Assembly: GCA_040218735.1 (NCBI GenBank)
Contig: JAVJQW010000041.1
Span: forward strand, 288,001-352,000
Direction: 5' to 3'
Source of the DNA: Deltaproteobacteria bacterium
Lineage (GTDB): Bacteria; Myxococcota; Kuafuiibacteriia; Kuafuiibacteriales; Kuafuiibacteriaceae
Length of the DNA stretch: 64,000 nucleotides
This document shows, piece by piece, positions 1 to 9,447 of the stretch. Made by a program: the position numbers and the translations under genes. Numbering within the stretch: position 1 is the stretch's first letter; every line of letters starts with the position of its first letter. A model generated the notes under the pieces. The model made no database searches. It had not been told where the DNA came from and saw nothing but the letters and a program-made list of their open reading frames with translations.

Positions 1-1
1 G

Positions 2-586
2 ACGTGGTCGTCGATCTCCAGCGGTGCGTCCGTGACGCTCAACGGCATCCACGCGCTGTCGTCCACCCACGCGTTCGCGGTCGGCGCCGAGGGCACGGTG
101 ATCGAGTGGGACGGCACGTCCTGGTCGAGCGTCGCGGTCCCCACGATGAACACGCTGTACGGCGTGTGGGCGGCGCACGGCGGCGACGTCTGGGTCTTCG
201 GCGACTTCGGCGCCGTGCTCCACTACGACGGCACCGCGTGGGTCGCGCGCGCCGACATCACCACGGAGTCCTTCCTCGGCGTGCGCGGGACCGCCGCGAA
301 CGACATCTGGGCGTTCGGCGTGAACGGCGCGCTGTTGCACTACAACGGCACCGACTGGATGCCGGTCGCGAGCAACACCACCGCGACGCTCTTCGGGATG
401 TCCGTCGCACCGAACAACGACCTCTGGCTGTCCGGAGACGGCGGGACGGTCCTTCGTTTCAATGGAAGCCTGTGGGTGCGTCAGAACACCGGCACGGCCA
501 ACACGCTCTACGGCATCTTCTCCCCCGAGGCGGGGGACACTTGGGTCGTCGGCGAGAGCGCGACCATCCTCCGCCAGAACCCCTGA
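2..586 (+). CDS. Beta-propeller repeat protein (myxobacterial WD40/YVTN-like), 5' partial
   Basis: Repeats of LxGxW...D(V/I)WxxGxxGx(V/L)L(H/R)(Y/F)(D/N)GxxW; frame is open from the window start. Confidence 0.75.
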   Translation, partial: TWSSISSGASVTLNGIHALSSTHAFAVGAEGTVIEWDGTSWSSVAVPTMNTLYGVWAAHGGDVWVFGDFGAVLHYDGTAWVARADITTESFLGVRGTAANDIWAFGVNGALLHYNGTDWMPVASNTTATLFGMSVAPNNDLWLSGDGGTVLRFNGSLWVRQNTGTANTLYGIFSPEAGDTWVVGESATILRQNP

Positions 587-590
587 CGGC

Positions 591-1901
591 TCACCAGGTT
601 TCGAGGCGCGGCGTGGCGTTCTTCGCCACCGCCGCGCGATCGATCTTCCCGGTCGCGTTCGTCGCGAAAGCTTCGACCATCGCGATCCGACGCGGGTGTT
701 TGAAGCGCGCGAGGCCGGTGAGCTCTTCGCGCGACGGGCGCCGACCGATCAGCGCCGCGACGATCTGCGTCCCCCACGTCGCGTCGTCGACACCGAACAC
801 CACCGCGTCGGTGACACCCGCGAGCGCGCGCAGCGCCTCCTCGACCTCGAAGGGGTGCACGTTCTCGCCGCCGGTCACGAGCACACCGTCGCGACGCCCG
901 AGCACGTGTAGGCGTCCTTCGTCGTCGAGCCAGCCGGCGTCCCGCGTGTGGAGCCAGCCGTCCACGATCGGGGATGGCTCACCCGTCGTGTAGCCCAACA
1001 TGAGCGTCGGTCCGCGCACGAGGATCTCGTCGTTCTCGATCCGAACGTCGACGCCCGAGATGGGGGGCCCTACGCCGCCGTCGGGATCGACCGGGGTCCC
1101 ATAGCGCTGCGTCGCCACCTGAGCGCTCGCCTCGGTGAGCCCGTACGTCGTGAGCACCGGCCACCCACGCGACGCCGCCTCCTGCAACAGTATTCGCGGC
1201 GCCGACGCGCCGCCGAGGAGGATCGCGCGGAGGCTCTTGGGCAGCGTAGTGTGCTCGCGCAGGAGACGGTCGAGCTGGGTCGGGACGACCGAGACGATCG
1301 AGGGCTCGAGGGTGTCGATGGCCTCGAGCGGACCGAGGGTCACGGCGCGCCGTCCGAGGAGGCAGCGCACGAGGATCGAGAAACCGCCGACGTGGGCGAG
1401 CGGCAGGTCGAGGTGCCAACGGTCCCCGGGTCTCCACCCGAGGTTCGCGGCGCTCGCGCTTGCGGCGGCGATGAAGGCACCACGCGAGATCGCGACGCCC
1501 TTCGGCGCGCCGCTCGAGCCGGAGGTGGCGAAGATCGCGAGCGTCGTGTCCGGGGCGATCGGCGCACCGAGCGACACGGGTGTCGTCGCCGGTTCGACGT
1601 CGTCGATCGCTGTAGCGTTGTGCAACACCCGGAACCGTTCGCGCTCTGTCCAAGTCCACCGCGGGTGGAGCATGACGAGCGGGACACCGAGCTCGATCGC
1701 GGCGAGCGCGCGCAAGATGGTGTCGACGCGCGGGTGTCCGACGAGGGCTGCGCGCTCGCCGTCTCGAACCGCGGCACGTATCCCGCTCGCAAGTAGACGA
1801 ACGTGGTCGGCGACGGTCTCGAAACGGTAGGTCGAGCCGTCGACGATCGCGACGTCACCCCCTGTCACCTGTCGCGCGTCTTGGGTGCTGAGTGTCGTCA
1901 C
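591..1901 (-). CDS. menE: O-succinylbenzoate-CoA ligase-like AMP-binding enzyme
   Basis: TSGSSGAPKG, PLAHVGG, TYGLTE, GGENVHPFEVE and terminal TGK motifs; short MenE-like size. Confidence 0.7.
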   Translation of the reverse strand: MTTLSTQDARQVTGGDVAIVDGSTYRFETVADHVRLLASGIRAAVRDGERAALVGHPRVDTILRALAAIELGVPLVMLHPRWTWTERERFRVLHNATAIDDVEPATTPVSLGAPIAPDTTLAIFATSGSSGAPKGVAISRGAFIAAASASAANLGWRPGDRWHLDLPLAHVGGFSILVRCLLGRRAVTLGPLEAIDTLEPSIVSVVPTQLDRLLREHTTLPKSLRAILLGGASAPRILLQEAASRGWPVLTTYGLTEASAQVATQRYGTPVDPDGGVGPPISGVDVRIENDEILVRGPTLMLGYTTGEPSPIVDGWLHTRDAGWLDDEGRLHVLGRRDGVLVTGGENVHPFEVEEALRALAGVTDAVVFGVDDATWGTQIVAALIGRRPSREELTGLARFKHPRRIAMVEAFATNATGKIDRAAVAKNATPRLETW

Positions 1902-2075
1902 GGTGACTCCACCGATGGTGCACTATCGCGCGCTCGCGCTGAATACGAAGTGCTTCGTCGCAACGTGGATCGTCCGGGACGAAAGAAACCCGTTCCAAAG
2001 TACGTGCATCGCGCGAGGGAGTTGTTATGCTGACTCGCGTCTAGGCCGGGGGGGCCTAACACACCAAGGCGTTTC

Positions 2076-4310
2076 ATGAGCAGTGTGTTGGAACCTCCTT
2101 GCTCGTACGGCAAATACGAGCTCCTCGAGCTGATCGGCAGCGGCGGCATGGCCGAAGTGTATCGGGCGTCGATGCCCGGCATCGCCGGTTTCGCCAAAAC
2201 GGTCGTCATCAAACGTCTTCGTCCTTCGCGCGCGCGCGACGAACAGTGCCGCAATCTCTTCATCGAGGAAGCGAAGCTCGCCGCGCAGGTCCAACACAAG
2301 AACGTGGTTCAGGTGTTCGAGCTGGGGTCACTCGGCGACGAGGAGTTGTTCATGGCGATGGAGTGGGTCGACGGGATCGATCTTCGGCGTTTGCAACGCC
2401 TCGTGCATCGAAAGGGCAAGATGCTCCCCCCGTGGTTCGCGCTGCGCGTGACGATGGAAGTGCTCGAGGCGCTCGCGTTTGCGTACGACCTCGAAGACCG
2501 GCGCGGTGTCCGGCGCAACGTCGTCCACTGCGATGTCGCGCCGGACAACATCTTCATCGCGCGCTCCGGTGACGTGAAGCTGGGCGACTTCGGCGTCGCG
2601 ACGGACGACACCCGAGGCGCAACGCGCCGCAGCGGCTTCTCCGGGAAGGCGCCGTACGCGGCGCCGGAGGTCCTCGGCGGTGCGCGACCGGGTCCGCGCG
2701 CCGACGTCTTCTCGACGGGCGTCGTGCTCTGGGAGTGCCTGACGGGGCACCGCTTGTTCTTCGCCGACACGGACCGCGAAGCGATGTCCCGTGTCTGCGT
2801 GGGCGACCGCCCGCCGCCGTCGTCGTTCGCCCCGGACATCCCGCCGATGCTCGACGCGCTCGTCCTGCAGGCGCTCGAGGCGCACGAGGAGCGACGCATC
2901 CCGAGCGCGCTGAAGTTCCGCGACGCGCTCGCGCCGATCTACGAGCGCCTCTGCCCCACGGGGGTGAACGTCCACATGCCCGCGGCGATCAAACACCTGA
3001 TCGGTGACGAGGACGAGTGGCGCGCGATTCCACTCGGCGGCGTGGTGCTCCCGCGCTTCGAGCCGGTGCTCGAGATCGACGACGACGACGACGACGTCGA
3101 CGACGTGTTCGCCTATGACGACGAACCGGAGCCGACGCCGTCGACCGACGACATCGTCTACTCGTTCATCCGCCCGCGTGACACGGCGGACCTCGAAGGT
3201 CCCGCGGCGCCGGTCGAGATCCCGATGCCCGCGCGCCTCCCGCCGCCGCGGATTCAGGGCCCGTCGGGTCCCGTGCCGACGGCGGAGATCGTCGCGCCCA
3301 TCGAAGCGCTCCCGGGGGATCGCGAGACCCACGAGGTGCTCTCGCCGATCGGGTACCACCCGTCCGGGACGCTCACGATCAGCCACGCGCTTCACACCAC
3401 GGGGCCCATCAACGCCCTCCAAGCGCTGTCCGTCCTCGAAGAGATCGCCGCGCGTGGTTTCGGAACGCGGGCGGACGTCAGCGGGGACGGTCGACGGTGG
3501 ATGACGTGGCAGCGTTACCTCGAGCTCCTCGACGAGGCGTTGGTGCTCCCGTCCGGCAAGCTCCCGGTGAACATGTTCTCCGGCTCGTTGGAGCAGCACA
3601 GCCTGACGGCGCTCTTCGGCCAGCTCGCCCGCACGAAGGCGACCGGGCGCCTCATCGTGGTGCGCAACGCGACCGGCGGGGTCACGCGCTTCGAAGTTCA
3701 CATCCGCGACGGAGAGCTGATGCGTGTTCGTTCGAACCATCGTGCGTTCGACGCCTTCCAGATGCTGATCGAGCTCCCGGAGCTGCGTCCGACGACGCTC
3801 GCCGTCGAGCTCCAGCAGGTCGCGAACTTCGCGACGCCGCTCGCGGACCTCGCGTCCTACGACGTCCACCACGCGCTCCACCGGAGCCGAGGCCGCCGCA
3901 CGCAGGAGCTGCTCACGGAGCTCTTTTCGTGGTCGTCGGGCCAGTTCGGTTTCCAGCCGGACGCGGAGGTCGCCACCGGCTCGGGGCGCCCGCTGCTGCG
4001 GGTCCTCGTGGGGCTCGTCTCACGGGTGCTCTCACCGGACATGCTCCGCGCGCGTATCCGCGACCTGTGGCACGTCCCGCTCATGCGTACGCCGGTCTTC
4101 CACAGCGACGCGAGAGCGCTCGGACTGGGGTCGGGCTTCGCGAGCCCCGTCGGTCCGTTCGGTCAGGGCCGCACCCTCGTGGAGGCGCTGTCCCTCGCGG
4201 CGGAGCGCTCCGACGAAAACGTCGCGCTCGCCGTCGCCTATCTGCTCGTCGAGCTCGGCCTGGTGCGGCCTGCGCATCAGAACGAGGTCGCGCCGTCCCG
4301 CCCGCGGTAG
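2076..4310 (+). CDS. Ser/Thr protein kinase with acidic/Pro linker and C-terminal DUF4388-like domain
   Basis: GSGGMAEV, VVIKR, HCDVAPDN, DFG, APE; C-terminal TGRL...LFSWSSGQFGF. Confidence 0.85.
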   Translation: MSSVLEPPCSYGKYELLELIGSGGMAEVYRASMPGIAGFAKTVVIKRLRPSRARDEQCRNLFIEEAKLAAQVQHKNVVQVFELGSLGDEELFMAMEWVDGIDLRRLQRLVHRKGKMLPPWFALRVTMEVLEALAFAYDLEDRRGVRRNVVHCDVAPDNIFIARSGDVKLGDFGVATDDTRGATRRSGFSGKAPYAAPEVLGGARPGPRADVFSTGVVLWECLTGHRLFFADTDREAMSRVCVGDRPPPSSFAPDIPPMLDALVLQALEAHEERRIPSALKFRDALAPIYERLCPTGVNVHMPAAIKHLIGDEDEWRAIPLGGVVLPRFEPVLEIDDDDDDVDDVFAYDDEPEPTPSTDDIVYSFIRPRDTADLEGPAAPVEIPMPARLPPPRIQGPSGPVPTAEIVAPIEALPGDRETHEVLSPIGYHPSGTLTISHALHTTGPINALQALSVLEEIAARGFGTRADVSGDGRRWMTWQRYLELLDEALVLPSGKLPVNMFSGSLEQHSLTALFGQLARTKATGRLIVVRNATGGVTRFEVHIRDGELMRVRSNHRAFDAFQMLIELPELRPTTLAVELQQVANFATPLADLASYDVHHALHRSRGRRTQELLTELFSWSSGQFGFQPDAEVATGSGRPLLRVLVGLVSRVLSPDMLRARIRDLWHVPLMRTPVFHSDARALGLGSGFASPVGPFGQGRTLVEALSLAAERSDENVALAVAYLLVELGLVRPAHQNEVAPSRPR

Positions 4311-4319
4311 AGTCCGCGC

Positions 4320-5459
4320 GTGTTGCTTCCGTTCGAGGTCCTCGCGCAGGACGAGCGCGCCCGTACGGGGCGCATCGAGACGCGCCACGGAACGATCGAG
4401 ACCCCCGCGTTCATGACCGTCGGCACGCGCGCCACGGTGACCGGCCTCGACGCCGAAGATCTTCAGCGCGTCCAGACGCAGGTCGTCCTCGGGAACACGT
4501 ACCACCTGATGTTGCGCCCCGGGCAGGAGGCCTTCGAACGCGTCGGCGGGCTGCACGCGTTCATGGGGTGGAGCGGACCGATCCTCACCGACTCGGGAGG
4601 GTTCCAGATCTTCTCGCTCGCGTCGGACCGCACGATCTCGGAGCGCGGCGCGCGGTTCAAGAGTTACACCGACGGGCGGGTGCACATGCTCTCGCCGGAG
4701 CGCTCGATCGCGATCCAGTCGGCGCTCGGCTCGGACATCATGATGGTGCTCGACGTGTGCCTCGACTCGCGCAGCGACGAAGCCGCGATGCGCGACGCGA
4801 TGGAGCGCACCCACCGTTGGGCGCTGCGCTCGCTCGCCGCGCGCGAGGACGAGGGGCAGGCGCTCTTCGCGATCGTACAGGGCGGGGTGGTGCCCGAGCT
4901 CCGCGAAGCGTCCGCGGCGTTCCTGACGGAGCACCCGTTCGACGGCTTCGCGATCGGCGGCCTCGCGGTCGGCGAGGAGCGTTCGCGTCGGGAGGAGGTC
5001 ACGCACTACGCCGCCCAGCTGCTCCCGGCGGAGCGACCGCGTTACCTGATGGGGGTGGGGACGCCGGTCGATCTCCTGGTGGCGGTCGGCGCGGGGATCG
5101 ACATGTTCGACTGCATGCTCCCGACGCACCTCGCGTGGCAGGGCACCGCGTTCACGTCGACGGGGCGGGTGCGTGTGAAGCGCGCCGCGCTCGCCGACGC
5201 CGACGTCCCGCTCGACGCCGACTGCCCGTGCCTCGCCTGCACGCGGTTCACGCGGGCCTACCTGCACCACCTCTTCGCGTGTAAGGAGCCGCTCGGGTAT
5301 CGCCTCGTCTCCCTCCACAACCTCACGCACTACAACCGCCTGATGGCCGACGCCCGGGCGGCGATTCGGGACGGCCGGTACGCGGCGTTCGCGGCGGACC
5401 GCATCGAACGCATCGATCGCCACGAACACAGCGACAAGCGGATCGGCGCGGGTCGGTGA
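4320..5459 (+). CDS. tgt: Queuine tRNA-ribosyltransferase
   Basis: TPAFM, GNTYHL, LTDSGGFQ, PRYLMGVG, DMFDC, CxCxxC...H zinc site. Confidence 0.95.
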   Translation: MLLPFEVLAQDERARTGRIETRHGTIETPAFMTVGTRATVTGLDAEDLQRVQTQVVLGNTYHLMLRPGQEAFERVGGLHAFMGWSGPILTDSGGFQIFSLASDRTISERGARFKSYTDGRVHMLSPERSIAIQSALGSDIMMVLDVCLDSRSDEAAMRDAMERTHRWALRSLAAREDEGQALFAIVQGGVVPELREASAAFLTEHPFDGFAIGGLAVGEERSRREEVTHYAAQLLPAERPRYLMGVGTPVDLLVAVGAGIDMFDCMLPTHLAWQGTAFTSTGRVRVKRAALADADVPLDADCPCLACTRFTRAYLHHLFACKEPLGYRLVSLHNLTHYNRLMADARAAIRDGRYAAFAADRIERIDRHEHSDKRIGAGR

Positions 5460-5486
5460 CGGCGAAAGACCTGCTAATGTAGGGGC

Positions 5487-6695
5487 GTGGGCCGCCTCTG
5501 CCTCCTCGTCGTGCTCCTCGTTTCGCTGGTGCGGTGCACCTCCGAGGCCTGTCGCGACGAGGCGTCGAGCGTCGAGGTCGTCATCACCGGCGACTTCAAC
5601 GCGGCGGTGTCGGTCGCGATCGTCGTCGAGTACGACGAGGTCACGCGCACCGTGCCGATCAACTTCGAGGGCACTTCGCTCCCGCCGCAGCGCATCGGTC
5701 TCATACCGGCGCCGACGCCCGGGACCGAGCTGCGCGTCACGGTCGATGCGTTCTCGCGCGTCGACGCGCGCGGCACACGCGTCGCGCACGGCGAGATGTC
5801 GTCGACGCTCACTCCGGACGGCTGCAACGTGGCTCAGGTTCGCCTCGAGTCGCTGGACGTCGTGGTGCGGGACGGCGGCGTCGTCGAGGCGCCGCGCGAC
5901 GGCGGGGTCGAGGAGGTTCGCGACGGCGGTGACGGGGACGGCGACGCGGGGGTTCGAGACGCCGGGATGGATCCGCGCGACGCCGGTGAAGAGCCGCCGG
6001 TCCTCTCGTGCGTCACGGGCATCACGCGGGACACCACGCTGCTCTACGACTTCGACGGGCTCCCGATGCTCGAAGACCTGACGCAGCAGACCAAGGTCCG
6101 CTGGCTCGCGAACCCGGACGGCGTTCAGCCGCAGAGCCACGAATCGATCCCGGACTGCGGGACGGCGTTGGACCTCGGCGGCTACGGCGTCGCGATGATC
6201 GCGGCCGCGGACGGGCTCGCGATCGCCTCGCTCGACTTCCTGCTCCACATGCACGAGCAGGGGCCGGACGAGATGCAGGGCATCGTGTCACGCGACGCGA
6301 CGGGCCAGGCGGAGCCGGGGCACTTCACGCTCTTCCGCAGCTGCGACGATCACCTGGTGCTCCGCGTTCAGGACACGGTGAACAGCGTGTACCTGTGCAC
6401 GGACGCGCCGGTGCCCGCGGAGAGCTGGGCACACGTTCGCATCGTCGTGAGCCCGGAACCGCAGCTGTACGTGGACGGCGCCCTGCAGACGCAGCAAACG
6501 GAGCAGGTCGGTCTGTACGGAGCGAGCTGTACGGAGCCGGTCAGCTGCGGAGGCACGCTCCAGCTCGACGCGTTCGGGAACTCGCTCCCGCTGGTGGTGG
6601 GCGCCTCGGCGCACGAGGTCGCGGCGGGCTCGGAGGCGCAGTTCACCAGGCCGTTCTACGGCGCCATCGATCACCTCAACGCGCGCAGTCGTTAG
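5487..6695 (+). CDS. Secreted or lipoprotein with C-terminal LamG-like domain
   Basis: Hydrophobic N-terminus then Cys; RDGG/RDAG linker; WAHV...LYVDG...LVVGA...FYGAID. Confidence 0.65.
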   Translation: MGRLCLLVVLLVSLVRCTSEACRDEASSVEVVITGDFNAAVSVAIVVEYDEVTRTVPINFEGTSLPPQRIGLIPAPTPGTELRVTVDAFSRVDARGTRVAHGEMSSTLTPDGCNVAQVRLESLDVVVRDGGVVEAPRDGGVEEVRDGGDGDGDAGVRDAGMDPRDAGEEPPVLSCVTGITRDTTLLYDFDGLPMLEDLTQQTKVRWLANPDGVQPQSHESIPDCGTALDLGGYGVAMIAAADGLAIASLDFLLHMHEQGPDEMQGIVSRDATGQAEPGHFTLFRSCDDHLVLRVQDTVNSVYLCTDAPVPAESWAHVRIVVSPEPQLYVDGALQTQQTEQVGLYGASCTEPVSCGGTLQLDAFGNSLPLVVGASAHEVAAGSEAQFTRPFYGAIDHLNARSR

Positions 6696-6795
6696 TCGGG
6701 CTGCTCCACGGTGAGGCGGAAGTCGCCGCGCTCGGTCGTCGGACGCGCGGTCTCGGCTTGGCAGGTCGAGCACATCGTGCTGAAAGGGGGCCGAT

Positions 6796-7530
6796 ATGGG
6801 TCGTACGTTCGAGAACCGCAAGCACGCGATGGCGAAGCGCGGGGCGCGGGACGCCAAGGCGTTCACCAAGGCCGGCCGCGCCATCAGCATGGCCGTGAAG
6901 GCCGGGGGCCCCGACGTGGACCACAACGCCGCCCTCCGACGCGCCGTGCAGAACGCACGCGCCGTGAGCATGCCGAAGGACCGCATCCAGGCCGCCATCG
7001 AGAAGGCCTCGGGGTTGGGGGACAGCGAGGACTACCAGACCGTCATCTACGAGGGGTACGGGCCCCACGGCGTGGCGATCATGGTCGACGCCGCGACCGA
7101 CAACGTGACGCGGACCGTCGCCAACGTCCGCAGCGCCTTCAACAAGGGCGGCGGGACGTTCGGGAACTCCGGCAGCGTGCAGTTCATGTTCGATCTCTTC
7201 GGGGTGTTTCGGCTGAAGGCCGAGGGGTTGGACCGAGAGGAGCTCGAGCTCGAGATGATCGACCACGGGCTCGAGGAGCTGTTGGAGGGCGTGTCGGAGG
7301 ACGACGAGCCGCAACTCGTCTTGCGCTGCTCGCGCGAGGAGTTCGGCAACCTGCAGTCGGGTCTGGAGGCCAAGGGCATCGAGCCGACCTCGTCCGGCTT
7401 CGAGTGGGTCCCCAAGAACACCAACGTCCTGAAGGGTGAGGAAGCTGAAGCCGTCATCGCGCTGCTCGAACGCCTCGAGGACGACGACGACGTGCAGGCG
7501 ACCTTCTCCACGCTCGAGATCGAGGACTGA
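6796..7530 (+). CDS. yebC: YebC/PmpR family protein
   Basis: YEGYGPHGVA, TDNVTRT, LEDDDDVQ; 244 aa. Confidence 0.93.
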   Translation: MGRTFENRKHAMAKRGARDAKAFTKAGRAISMAVKAGGPDVDHNAALRRAVQNARAVSMPKDRIQAAIEKASGLGDSEDYQTVIYEGYGPHGVAIMVDAATDNVTRTVANVRSAFNKGGGTFGNSGSVQFMFDLFGVFRLKAEGLDREELELEMIDHGLEELLEGVSEDDEPQLVLRCSREEFGNLQSGLEAKGIEPTSSGFEWVPKNTNVLKGEEAEAVIALLERLEDDDDVQATFSTLEIED

Positions 7531-7532
7531 GC

Positions 7533-9392
7533 TTGCTCAGGAAGCTGCTGAGGTACCTCGGGCTCGGACTCGGGCTCCTCATCGTCCTCCTCGTCATCAC
7601 CTACTTCGCCCTCAAGGTGATGTGGGCCGACACGCATAACCGTGCGCCCGAGTCGGCCACCGGGATCCGCGAGGTCGCGACCGTCCAGACGAGCACCACC
7701 ATGGTGGTCGCGGCGCACCCGGAGGCGTCGAAGGCCGGGCACACGATCCTCGCGGCCGGCGGGAGCGCGCTCGACGCCGCGGTGGCGGTGCAAGCTGCGT
7801 TGACGGTGGTCGAGCCGCAGTCCTCCGGCATCGGCGGCGGCGCGTTCCTGATGTACTGGGACGCGTCCGAGCAGAAGCTGTACGCCTACGACGGTCGGGA
7901 GACGGCGCCGGCCGCGGCGAAGCCCGAGCTGTTCATGAAGGGCGGCGAGAAGATGAACTTCGTCGAGGCGGTCGTGGGCGGTCGCTCGGTGGGGGCGCCC
8001 GGCGTGTTGGCGATGCTCGCGAAGGCCCACGAGGCGCACGGCAAACGACCGTGGTCGCAGCTGTTCGGACCGGCGAAGGTGCTCGCGGCGGAGGGCTTCG
8101 AGATCACGCCGCGGCTGCACTCGCTGTTGCACCGTGACCCGTTGTTCCGCGCGATGCCGGCGGCGCGTGCGCACTTCTTCGTGGACGGCGCGGCCAAGCC
8201 GGTCGGCACGCGGCTCGTGAACCCCGAGCTCGCGGAGGTGTTCGACCTCGTCGCGGCGGACGTACGGAACTTCTACGAGGGGCCGATCGCGGAAGACATC
8301 GTGAAGACCGTGAAGAACGCGAAGCGGCCGCCGCTGTGGGTCGCGGGGGTCAACGCGATGATGATCGAGATGGGGGCCCCGACCGGGTTCGGGACGATCG
8401 CGGACGAGCCGAACGCGGGGCTTCTGACCGTCGAGGACCTCGCGACCTACGAGCCGAAGGTGCGCGAGGCGGTGTGTGTGCCGTACGCGAAGCTGAAGGT
8501 GTGTGGCTTCCCGCCGCCGACGTCCGGCGGGATCACGACGCTGCAGATCATCGCGCTCGTGGGGCGCTTCGACCTGACGGGCTTCGGGCCGCGTTCGCCG
8601 CAGTTCGTGCACCTGTTCGCCGAGGCGAGCCGCGCGGCGTTCGCGGATCGCGATCGGTACATCGCGGACCCGGACTTCGAGGACGTGCCGGTGGAGGCGA
8701 TGCTCTCCGAGCGGTACCTCGACGAGCGCGCGAAGAAGATCGCCGTCGACCGGCGTGCGCCGAAGCTCGCGCCCGGGAAGTTCGAGGACTTCACGTTGCT
8801 CCGCGCGGACGATCGCTCGCCGGAGCTGCCGTCGACGAGTCACTTCGTGGTGGTCGACGCCGAGGGGGACATGGTCTCGATGACGACCTCGGTGGAGAAC
8901 GTGTTTGGTTCGCGGCTGATGGTTCGGGGCTTCGTGCTCAACAACCAGCTCACGGACTTTTCGTTCGTGCCGATGGTGAACGACCGTCGCGTTGCGAACG
9001 GGGTCGAGGCGGGGAAACGTCCGCGCAGCTCGATGTCCCCGCTGATCGTGCTCGGCGAGGACGGCGCGCCGCTGCTCGCGATCGGGTCACCCGGCGGGAG
9101 CCGGATCATCGACTACGTCGCGCGGGCGACGCTCGGCGTCATCGAGTACGGGCTCAGCCCGCAGGAGGCCATCGAGCTTCCGCACGTCATCAACCGCGGC
9201 GGGGCGACGGAGCTGGAGAACCAGGGCTGGAAGACCGACGAGCTCGACCGGGCCAAGAAGTACCTCGAGCAGCTCGGGCACGAGGTCCTGATCGTGGAGC
9301 AGAACAGCGGCCTGCACGCCATCCAGCGGCACGCCGGAGGCTGGCGCTCGGGCGCGGATCCGCGCCGCGAGGGGCAGGCGTTCGGGGATTGA
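7533..9392 (+). CDS. ggt: Gamma-glutamyltransferase with N-terminal membrane anchor
   Basis: EPQSSGIGGG, DGRETAP, nucleophile TSHF, LNNQLTDF, KRPRSSM, GSPGGSRI, ADPRREG. Confidence 0.93.
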   Translation: MLRKLLRYLGLGLGLLIVLLVITYFALKVMWADTHNRAPESATGIREVATVQTSTTMVVAAHPEASKAGHTILAAGGSALDAAVAVQAALTVVEPQSSGIGGGAFLMYWDASEQKLYAYDGRETAPAAAKPELFMKGGEKMNFVEAVVGGRSVGAPGVLAMLAKAHEAHGKRPWSQLFGPAKVLAAEGFEITPRLHSLLHRDPLFRAMPAARAHFFVDGAAKPVGTRLVNPELAEVFDLVAADVRNFYEGPIAEDIVKTVKNAKRPPLWVAGVNAMMIEMGAPTGFGTIADEPNAGLLTVEDLATYEPKVREAVCVPYAKLKVCGFPPPTSGGITTLQIIALVGRFDLTGFGPRSPQFVHLFAEASRAAFADRDRYIADPDFEDVPVEAMLSERYLDERAKKIAVDRRAPKLAPGKFEDFTLLRADDRSPELPSTSHFVVVDAEGDMVSMTTSVENVFGSRLMVRGFVLNNQLTDFSFVPMVNDRRVANGVEAGKRPRSSMSPLIVLGEDGAPLLAIGSPGGSRIIDYVARATLGVIEYGLSPQEAIELPHVINRGGATELENQGWKTDELDRAKKYLEQLGHEVLIVEQNSGLHAIQRHAGGWRSGADPRREGQAFGD

Positions 9393-9431
9393 GCGTCGGT
9401 CGATCGTCGGCGCACCAAACGGGACATCCGC

Positions 9432-9439
9432 GCCGATAA
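9432..9439 (+). promoter_or_regulatory. Putative sigma28 (FliA/WhiG)-type -10 element
   Basis: Exact GCCGATAA 8 nt before ATG 9448; no canonical TAAA -35. Confidence 0.5.
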
Positions 9440-9447
9440 CCCACCGA

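Noticed and set aside
4320-5459. tgt as part of a 7-deazaguanine DNA-modification (Dpd) system
   Set aside because: Canonical tRNA-type motifs and no dpd or que neighbours
6790-6798. GCCGATAT before yebC as a sigma28 box
   Set aside because: Overlaps the ATG and follows a purine-rich SD-like run
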